This document shows, piece by piece, positions 13,740-23,099 of a stretch of DNA of 64,000 bases. The stretch covers positions 305,598-369,597 of the forward strand of contig QPGO01000028.1 in NCBI GenBank assembly GCA_008632985.1. The letters are read 5' to 3'. The first letter of the stretch is position 1. Every line of letters begins with the position of its first letter. The stretch is from Psammoneis japonica (taxonomy: Eukaryota). Below the pieces are notes generated by a model. The model did no database searches. It was not told the origin of the DNA and saw nothing but the letters and a program-made list of their open reading frames with translations. Made by a program: the position numbers and the translations under genes.

Positions 13740-14330
13740 TTAATTTGGCATTGGCTCCTTGGAACTGCCAAGACAAGCCAAATGCAGAAAAGCATCAGTT
13801 CCATGTCCCTCCATGCTCACAACATGCAAATCCCCTCCAAAGTGTTGACAATGCAACTGACTGATGGGCAATCCATGCCCCAAACCTGCCAATGGCAAGT
13901 CTGTGGCATGGTCTACATTCTCTCATTGAACACCACCAAGCCCTCTTGTGTGGTGGGATCGGCAGTCGTAAAGAGATGCGACCAAATCTTGTCAATGTTG
14001 CTGCACACAATTCCTCCACCCTTGTCACTCACCTTGATGACCACATCCTCCTTGTTGTCTGCACCATCTGCAATCACCACCTTGATGGGAGGACAGTTGG
14101 CAAAAATTCCGTGCCAATCTGCCATGGCTCTCATGCCATTTTTCAAAAGCTCCAACAAAATGCAATCTGGTGTGCAACATCAAAAGCCGAGTCAAGTCAG
14201 TCGGCTGCACACACCACAGCACACAATGCAACAACATTCTCAAACTCACGCAAATGGGCAAGCATGGGGAAAGGTCAAATCAAGTCATCCCATCATCATG
14301 ATGACTTCCAGAGCATTTGCATGTCTTGGT
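13740..14330 (-). pseudogene. PDK: Pyruvate dehydrogenase kinase (PDK/BCKDK family) C-terminal genomic fragment with an intron
   Basis: LLELLKNGMRA...PPIKVVIADG...EDVVIKVSDKGGGI...KIWSHLFTTA...PLAGLGHGLPIS...HFGGDL..SMEGHGTDAFLHL is the PDK HATPase domain. GTGAGT...CAG intron at 14249-14167; stop TAA at 13742-13740; frameshift near 13920. Confidence 0.85.
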
Positions 14331-14340
14331 GGACAATTGA

Positions 14341-14780
14341 CCCTTCAACCACCATGGAGCAAATCTCCATGGTGGAGATTTGCTCCACTTGACGAGTTGT
14401 GATGTGTCATGCATTTGCACAATGATGAAACAAACATGGTGTAAAAATGTCACATCATGTGCAATCTGCATGAAACACACCACATGCATTTGCTTGTTGC
14501 AAAACAGAGCAATTCATCATAAATTTCACAGTAAAAGGTTGAGATTTAGTTCTCTCTGTACATCAATGAAGTGTGCAACAAACCTGGTGTTAAAAGTTGA
14601 CATTGAACTTTCAAAATGGCAAGAATGGTCCCCCAGAGCTTTTGGCGAATGCGCGCTCCAGAACAAAATTGCGCAAATTTTTTGTCACGCACATCTGAGG
14701 AAATTTTGTTTGGCACATTTGTGATGCAAGCAAGCAAATCTCCACCCATGGAGATTTGCTCAGGTCCAGTGGTTGAAGGG
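14341..14780. mobile_element. piggyBac-type MITE
   Basis: Terminal inverted repeats CCCTTCAACCAC / GTGGTTGAAGGG with an internal GAGCAAATCTCCA..TGGAGATTTGCT hairpin at both ends. Flanked by TTGA (14337-14340) and TTAA (14781-14784). Confidence 0.8.
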
Positions 14781-17700
14781 TTAAAATTAGTTGGCAGTGC
14801 ATGACAATGCATGCATCGCACAACACATGCACGTGGTGTGCAATGTACAACTGGTTGCAGATTGTGGAACTCACCATTTCATTTGATCAGCCACCTGGGC
14901 ACACCGGTCTCCTTCACGCGCACTTTTAAAATTTTGAAATTTCTGTGAGGTTTCAAACAAAAGACAAATTTGTGAGCCTCGTTGACACACAATTGGAGCA
15001 GGCTGGAGGCATGCACTGCAAAATGTTCATTGCAGTGGTGCAGAGAACTGAGAAAATTGGTGAAAGCACCACTGAGAATCAAAGTGACATTGACCTGCAC
15101 TCCAGAATTGCACCACTTGTTCTTTGGCAAACTTTTGGCAAACACTTCTGTGCTTGAAGCTTGATGCTGTGCAAGGATCCCAAGCTCTTGGCATCAATTA
15201 GAAAATCCTCGTTAAGAGTGAAACAAGAAATGGGGAAATCGGTGAAAGTGTCATTGAGATGTCACCAATTTCCCACAAAGTGTGACACTGATGGCACACA
15301 TCATTGTGTGCTGCTGCAGATTTGAGTTGTGTCAGAGAGAGGTGTTTTTGTTTGCTTTTGTGTTGGCCTGGATGTGCTCGCAGTGCCCCGCTGATTGTGA
15401 ATGCCTGTCATCCCCCTGATGACAAAGATCTCTCTGAGGAGTGCGCGCTGCTCTCCACTGTCTCTGCTCTCTGCTCTAGCCAGCCAGTGGCTGCTGAGGC
15501 CCTCCACCAGCCAGCAGCTGGAGCAGCACTGGCAGGTGGTCTCTGCAAGCACTGGCCACCAGTTGGTCATCTGCACAGATGCCATGATGTTTCTGGCTGC
15601 GGCAATCCTGGTGCTGATTCTACAAGACAGCATGTAAAACAGCACATTTCGTGCAAAAAAAAGCATGCCGGCAGTTGATTTGTGGTCCTTGACTGCAATG
15701 AACTCATTTCTTGTGCATTCAGAAGCCTTCAAATGCCACTGTAAATCAATTTTTCCTTGTGTCATCCATGTGCCCCTGTGCCCTGGGGTGTTTGACGCTT
15801 TGCTGTCAACGGCAAACCAACCAGGGAGCATTGGAAAAATTGTAGTGGCATTTTGGACCAAGATGTCACATTGATGGCATGTTTTGTCCAAATGTGCCAT
15901 TTGTGCAGATGACCATCTAGCAGAGAGCAGAGCACACATGTTGTCCACTGTCGCCAGTTTGCAGGGAGCTCTTTAGCTTGTTGCTCTTGCCATCAGCATT
16001 CTGTCATGAAGTCAAGAAGATGACCTGTAGAAGCATCTTGCTGCACTGACCTTTTTTTTTTTGTTTTGCTCTGATGCCTTGGCAAGTGCTGACATTCTTC
16101 CATGCGGTGCTGGCAGGACAAAGCCTCCTCCTTTTCTGTGCATGGTGCAAACCTCCCATGTTGTGCCTGTGGTGAGCACTTGCAAGGCATTGAGATCTCT
16201 TTGTTCACCCATTGTTGGTGTCAGAATTGAGGTGCACCAGCTGCACAACTGCAAAGCACACCCACTTGTGAGTCATTGCTTGGACATGTTTGTGGACCCA
16301 GGGTGCAGATTTGGAACTCATTTGGTCAGCTTTCAGTCCTCCAAGGAGTGCAAGCTGGCTTGATCAGACTTTTTAGAGACTGGCTGAAACAAACGATCAG
16401 CCATTTGGGAACACCATTGCCATGAAACCCGCCCTGCATTCTGTCACAAATTGAACATGTTTCTTGGTCTTAGCAACAGGACCACCATTGGATTTGGACT
16501 CAGTTTGAGCATCACGGAAGTGCTGTCAAGAATCATGACATCCACTCATCTTGTGGCCTCTCCAAAAAAGTTGAATGTGATGCTCACGGACAACGAATTT
16601 GCAACAATGGAACGAGCTGCATCCATTCTTGTGTTGGAAGGAGCCTCCATGTCTCACGCACCCGCGGATGAATTGGTGTGCAGCATTGTCAATTTGCACG
16701 GGCAAGAAGAAAAGAAGGAGCACAAGTGCATTCAACAGCTTGTTCTGGTCTCTCTCATCAACTGTTGCACTCAAAACATCATGCCAGTGAAATGGATGCC
16801 AAGCATTCCCACAAGCGTCATTGTCCCAGTCGACGCAGCCCAAGGCGTTGCCAACATTCTGCTTCGCCCAAATTCCTTGGCAACTTGTCCAAACATTTTC
16901 TTTGTTGGATTGCTCATCAAGCATGCTTGACATGAAGAAGGTCTTGGTTTCATGACATGTTCTTGCACAAGTGATCAATTGATTTGAGAACTGTGTCTGG
17001 CAGTGGGGGTGGACAGCATGCCTCAGTGGACCAGAAGAAAACAAGACAGTGGACACCAAGACAAACCATCTGCTGTGCAACGATGGTCTCAAGTGGGATG
17101 GTGGCACACCATCATGGGTTGAAGCCACCCACTTTGCATCACATGTTCTCAAGTCACTTCCATCTGTTGCAGCTCAGCATGAATGCCTCCAAACAATCAA
17201 GGCTGAATTTTTTCTAAAATGGGCAAACTGTCCAAGTTTTTCCAAGTCCAACACCTGGCAATCCCGGCATCAAAAGACATGTCGTCTCTCCCACATGGAC
17301 TGGACCACACAATTGTGAATGGCGTTAGATGCTTGCACATTGGATTTGAGGTTCAGAACTTGCTGTGTCATTTGAGTCCTCTGTTGGAATTCTTTGAGAC
17401 AACAGGTGCTCTTGAGCAGATTGCTGTCTTTGTGCATGCCATGTCAAAAAGTTCAGAGCCCTGCATGTGTCCACAATCACAGTGTCACCAAAAAGCTTTC
17501 ATCATCCTGCCAACTGTGAACAAACTAGAGATGCTTGTTACTCAACCTGAAAAATGTCACAGCAAAAGTGCAACTAGAGTGGGAATCATCTCTTGCCAGC
17601 ATGAGAGTGGAGTTGGCCTGGCACAGAGATGAGACATGTCATTGCCACAACACTTTGAGAATGCAGCAGTGTGATCTCTAGAGCTGCTCTGCTCTCTCTC

Positions 17701-19399
17701 TCTAGAAAGAGTTGGTTGTCATCACAGCACCTCCACTTGGCAGCTCTGGCTTTGTTGGCTTGCTGTGAATGAGAGATGGGTGTCGGTTCTGTCAACATGG
17801 CAGAATGACTGCACTCTAATGTAAATCCACATGGCTGGGAGTGGGGCAGCATGGCTGGGCAGGAGCAGCTTTTATTTCCCCGCGTGACTGACTGCAACAT
17901 GCCAGCACACGCAACACTGAACCACTGCAGCACACAGACGAGCACTGAGAAAAGCAACCACACAAAGACAGGGGAGTCATGGCAATCACGGTGCAGAGGC
18001 AGATCAATCCAGCACAACAGATGGACAAAACAAAGAGAAGGTGGGCAGAGACATGGTCAAGGTGAGAGACCATGTCAAAGAAAAGGTCTTTCTCAGCATC
18101 ACATTTGTGTTTGATGCAAGGCAGTCAGAGGAAACCAGAATGCTGTGCAGAGACTGTGCCCAGAATTGTGGACCAACATCAATGGACAGAACACTTTTGG
18201 AGCTGCCAGAGGCAGAGCAGAAGACACACCTGCATTTCCTGTGGACAAAAATAAAACAAAGGAGGTTGCACCAGGGTTGGCTGATGATGATAAAGCAATC
18301 CAATGCACATCAGGCCCAGCAAGACAAGTTTCACGGCAAGTGTTGTCATGGAGGATTGTCATGGATGAGGAAACAAAATGCCGGCATTGGCATGGTTTTG
18401 TTGTTGCGTGTTGTGCAGAGTGCAAGAGCAACAACAAGGACAACCGTTTGATGTCAGACTGCTGTGATGCAGAGATCAACAACCAAGGAAGCCCCACTGG
18501 AAGGGAAGATTTGTGTGAAATCATGATGCCAGACATCGCCATTGCCAAGCTGGAGGACAAAAACAGATCAAGCGCATTCGCCATTTTGGAAAAAGACCCT
18601 GAAGAGCCCATGGAGCAAGGAACGGGTCAGTTGAGGAGTTGGTGAACTGGTTCAAGGAGGTGCAGAAAAAGTCCATCAAGAGCCACAATGCATGCACGCG
18701 GAAGGTCAGAGCGGAGCAAACAACACAGGATCAATTGTCCATTTTGATGGAGGTCACGACCAAGCCAGAGAGAAACCAGAGCCTGCCAGACTGGGAGTGC
18801 AGTGCTGAGAAGAGACAATGCATGAGATGCCTGGGGCACTTCATGGCAGGAAACTCCAAGAGCGGAGTGGAAGAAGGTGCTTCAAGGAGATGATGCAAGA
18901 TGCCCAGGAAGTGCAAAGGATGGTCAATCAGGGCAAACAAGTTCTTCAAGAAAGTGGCAAGGGAAATCAAACAAGACATTGAGGACTGATGACTGGGCAA
19001 ATGGGAAGATTTGCACAGGACAATTGTGGCCAAGTGCAAAAAGAAGGGGGGCAGGACAATGGCAAGTTTTGTGACAAAGGCGACCACATGGTGAGCTGTG
19101 CCAAGAAATGAAAACTGGAGTTGATGCCTGTTTGGCAGATGGCATGTTAAAAGAATCAATCACATCATTGCAAATGACATCACAGAGCTGATCTGTGAGT
19201 GGTTCAACCACTTCATTCATTGATGGCAGAGCCACAGTCACAAGTCATTGTCTCGAAGCTCGAGGCATGCTGACACATGAACATGTGTGCAATGTCACAG
19301 CATGACATGTGAGCTTGTGTGTTGCAGTCAACAAATTCCAGTGGAAGAGATTTTCCATGTCGGGTGCTTGGCAAAGAAGTGTGCGGGACTGAACACACT

Positions 19400-19655
19400 C
19401 ATCGTGGGGCCCCACAAACACGGAGGGACCCTCCTGTGCAGAGCTCTGCGCGCGAATTTTTGCATGTGGCACCAAAACATGCAGCCTGCAGCATGCACAA
19501 AACTGGCACAGTTTCTATGACAAAAACAAAAAAAAATGCCCAGTTCACGAGATGGCTCTGGTGCGAAACCTGCATGAACAGCCCCCATGCACTCGCGCAG
19601 AACTCTGCACATTTCCGGGTTGCGGGTCCCTCTGCATTTGTGGGGTCCCACGATG
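19400..19655. mobile_element. hAT-type MITE
   Basis: Imperfect long TIRs CATCGTGGGGCCCCACAAA... / ...TTTGTGGGGTCCCACGATG. 8-bp flanking direct repeat AACACACT / AACACACC. Confidence 0.7.
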
Positions 19656-20358
19656 AACACACCCGCCTCTGGAGAAAAATTGGCGCACATTGTCGCAATC
19701 TTCTCAATTTTTGTTCCCCTCCCTGCCTGAGCCCTTTCAGGCTTTCCTTCCTGCAAAATTGCCCTCATCTCCCGGGTGTCAACCAAAAGGGCCAGGCAAC
19801 TCCCCCCCTCGACCTGGCCATTTTTTGGGATTCCTTGAACGGGCAAAAAAGCAAACCAAGCCAAACTGCCAGCTTCAACCTCCCACCACAAAGACTGCTG
19901 CACCTGCTGCAGTGCAATGGTCACAGCGGACTGGTTTCGAATTGATCTTCGCTTGCATGTCCCGACAACCAACTGGGAGCACTTGTGCACCATTAGCCAA
20001 TTTTCCAAAAGCCTGAAGCTATCCGCCCTCGATGCGGGGGCGCCCCCGTCATTGTTTTGACCGTTAAACGGTCATCAATTCATTCTTTTCATGTGCAGTT
20101 ATATTTACAACAAGAAAAGATCCATCCGGCCGCAATAAATACAACCGACCGCAACCGCCACATACATACCGCCCGGTACACACTGGCACAATACTGTACA
20201 CGCACATCATGCAGCACGGTGTTTACAGTTTCGTGTTTCTATCTCACCCCACTTTCAGCAGCAGAAACTGTACCGGTAAGCAACCAACCAACCACTGCTC
20301 CCCCTCGAACACTCACAGCCAATCATCCCTTCTAAACCCCCCCCTCAAGAGCATCAAA

Positions 20359-22437
20359 ATGAAAAGAGGATTGCTCATTTTTGGCATTTTGTGTTTCCTT
20401 GCAGCGGACTTGAGTCTGTTGAAAAGTTTTTTCAATGAAATGTCACGAGTGTTTTTCACAGGTGATGACCTTCCTGACGGCATTGCTGCTGCTGATGGTG
20501 ATGCCAAAAGGAAGGAGGAGGAGAACGCCACTGTTCTCTGTAAGGATGATGGTTCCAACCACACCTCGCACTCTCCTGAGGGAAGCACTGTGGCCTTTGG
20601 AGGTTGTGAGAGCTGGGAGCAGGCATCCCTGCCAGTTTGGGCTACTCGAGACAATGCTGATCAGCACAGTACGGATGTCCCATCCTATAAACAATCAGAG
20701 AGAGTCAGATTCTATATCGACATCATTGGTTGTGATGACAGAGAGTCTCCAGTCGTTGACATGGTGGTGGGCAATCGGATCCTTTACGCTCAGCAGCACG
20801 GTTATCGTTTCTTTTTCTTTGGTGGAGGAACAAAGCTGTTGCAGGACATTCACCCAAAATATGGCAAGCTTGAGGCAATCCTCCGAACATTCCACCCTTC
20901 ATTGGACGGCAAACAGTGGATAGTTTGGATGGACGCAGACACCCTCATTGCCAACACCAGCATCCCTTTTAAGTCTATCATTGAAAGGTTTGCACACACA
21001 GAAACTGACTTTATTGTGGCCCGGGATCTGCATAACGGCTACCCTATGAATACAGGTGTTTTCCTCATTCGAAACACCAAGTGGTCCTTTGATTATGTTA
21101 CATCTGTTATGAACATTGGAATTGAGACTGAGACGACGAAATCACCTCAAGCTATGAGGGACCAGCCCATCATGGTGGAGCAGCTCAGGAAGCAGGGACT
21201 CCTCGAAAAGACTGGATATTATGATTTGAAACACCCGATTGCCATCAACAGCAGGATTTCTGTCATTCCCACAAGAATGATGAATTCCTTTTGCCGCACT
21301 AGTCCCGGGTACATTACTTTTGACCAACGTTTCCGAGAAACTGGAGCTTGGCATCCCGGAGACTTCATTGTGCACTTTACAGGACCGATCAGGGATCTAG
21401 ACAGGGAGCATGACATTGGCATGTTCATCAAGTGGGCAGCAACACCTGGTCACAATTTTCCGAACCCCTGTCTAAATTACGACCAAACTGTTGGAGAAAA
21501 GCAACAACCAGGGAAGCAGAGTTACAACCAAAATGTTAGAGGAAAGCAGCAACCGATGAAGCAGAATAATTTGGGAACCTGTGCTACACAGGATGCACCA
21601 GATCCATCGCAGCTGCAGGCGGAGATGGCTCGGGCAGAGGAGTTGAGAAAGCAACTTGAGTCCTCAGGGCAGTGCATTAAGGGAAAGCACTGTGTGATGC
21701 CTTGTGGAGACGACTCCACCTTTTCCGTTCCAATGCCTCCACCCGGGACGCAGCTGGGCATGTTCCAGGTGTCCGCAATATGGTGCGCCATTAAAATGGA
21801 GTCCAAGCGTCTTGGCCGGGCTGCAAATTTGCTTGTGTATGGGCTGGGGAATGATTCTCCGTTTTGGTCTAATTCAACGGAGGGACGTGTGGTTTTCATA
21901 GAGGACAACAAGTCATGGTTTGACAACATCAAGGCCAAGCACCCTGGTTTGGAGCAGTACATTGTCAAGTATCACACAGTCGTAGAACGTGACATTCAAA
22001 GGGTGGGTAGCCCATCCTTTGAAAAGGAAATGGACCACATCCTGGACTCTTCACCGGAAATCATTGCCAGTGGTGTGGCCAATGAGACTTGGGACGTGGT
22101 CCTTGTTGATGCCCCGGCTGGTTGCGGCTTAAAGGATGTGGGGCGCTTCGCGCCGATCTACACCTCAAGGAGGATGGTGACAGAGCAGGGTCACGGCATA
22201 ATATTCGTTGACGATTACCAACGCTCCCCAGAAAAACTCACTGCCGATGTTGTGCTTGACGGAGGTCTGACCGGCAAATGCAACGGGACTTTGTGTGGCG
22301 ACAAGGTAGCTGTATGGGATCGCGTGAACCCTTTGACTGGGAAATTCATTGAAAAAAATGCATTGTTCAGTTTTGGACATTCCTCTACTGAGAATTTCAA
22401 GAGCACTATGGAAGGACTGCCTGGCGGCTACATCTGA
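20359..22437 (+). CDS. Type II membrane glycosyltransferase (GT34/MNN10-GMA12-like) fused to a C-terminal DUF579 (GXM/IRX15-like polysaccharide methyltransferase) domain, 692 aa
   Basis: Intact ORF with normal Tyr/TpA content and N-terminal hydrophobic anchor MKRGLLIFGILCFLAA. GT34 motifs YAQQHGY, WIVWMDADTLI, NTGVFLIRNT.WS, DQ, W.PGDFIVHF.G. DUF579-like motifs NLLVYGLGNDS.FW...GRVVFIED..W and WDVVLVDAP.G...GR.APIYT. Confidence 0.85.
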   Translation: MKRGLLIFGILCFLAADLSLLKSFFNEMSRVFFTGDDLPDGIAAADGDAKRKEEENATVLCKDDGSNHTSHSPEGSTVAFGGCESWEQASLPVWATRDNADQHSTDVPSYKQSERVRFYIDIIGCDDRESPVVDMVVGNRILYAQQHGYRFFFFGGGTKLLQDIHPKYGKLEAILRTFHPSLDGKQWIVWMDADTLIANTSIPFKSIIERFAHTETDFIVARDLHNGYPMNTGVFLIRNTKWSFDYVTSVMNIGIETETTKSPQAMRDQPIMVEQLRKQGLLEKTGYYDLKHPIAINSRISVIPTRMMNSFCRTSPGYITFDQRFRETGAWHPGDFIVHFTGPIRDLDREHDIGMFIKWAATPGHNFPNPCLNYDQTVGEKQQPGKQSYNQNVRGKQQPMKQNNLGTCATQDAPDPSQLQAEMARAEELRKQLESSGQCIKGKHCVMPCGDDSTFSVPMPPPGTQLGMFQVSAIWCAIKMESKRLGRAANLLVYGLGNDSPFWSNSTEGRVVFIEDNKSWFDNIKAKHPGLEQYIVKYHTVVERDIQRVGSPSFEKEMDHILDSSPEIIASGVANETWDVVLVDAPAGCGLKDVGRFAPIYTSRRMVTEQGHGIIFVDDYQRSPEKLTADVVLDGGLTGKCNGTLCGDKVAVWDRVNPLTGKFIEKNALFSFGHSSTENFKSTMEGLPGGYI

Positions 22438-22970
22438 GATTTATTTTGAACTGCACCTTTGATGAATGCACGTCTCCTACTACATAAATTGTTTATTTTG
22501 AACCGCGCCTTTGATGATGGACGTCTATCACTACATAAGTTGTTAAAAACATCGTAGAGGTCCAAATAGATGTGAGATTCAGCAGTGAGCTAGAGCCAAA
22601 CGGCACGCTCGCCGATTCTAATTAATAGGTAAAGAAAGGGACTAAGGAATAAACATCCATTGAAAAAAATGCATTGTTCAGTTTTGGACATTCCTCTACT
22701 GAGAATTTCAAGAGCACTATGGAAGGACTGCCTGGCGGCTACATCTGAGATTTATTTTGAACTGCACCTTTGATGATGCACGTCTCCTACTACATAAATT
22801 GTTTATTTTGAACCGCGCCTTTGATGATGGACGTCTATCACTACATAAGTTGTTAAAAACATCGTAGAGGTCCAAATAGATGTGAGATTCAGCAGTGAGC
22901 TAGAGCCAAACGGCACGCTCGCCGATTCTAATTAATAGGTAAAGAAAGCGACTAAGGAATGAAACATCCA
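22347..22970 (+). repeat. 311-bp tandem duplication of the last ~30 codons and 3' flank of the GT34-DUF579 gene
   Basis: 22347-22657 is repeated almost identically from 22658. Confidence 0.95.
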
Positions 22971-23099
22971 TGTTGTACGCCCTTCAGTCTGGCAGGTGAG
23001 GTGAACATATACTGTATATAATATATTTGTCTATCTTAAGGCATTTTCGTTTTCCCAATTTTTTTACATCAAAAGTGAAGATTTCTGAGTCTAAGTCAA

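Noticed and set aside
14790..19390. Further decayed coding-like segments (also 53.6-55.4 kb and 56.6-58.7 kb)
   Set aside because: Probably TE or gene relics, but no motif could be assigned confidently. They need searches after in-silico TG/CA->TA/CG restoration.
20209..20358. Upstream in-frame ATG for the GT34-DUF579 gene
   Set aside because: ATG 20359 directly precedes the signal-anchor; the upstream 50 codons look like UTR. Not proven.
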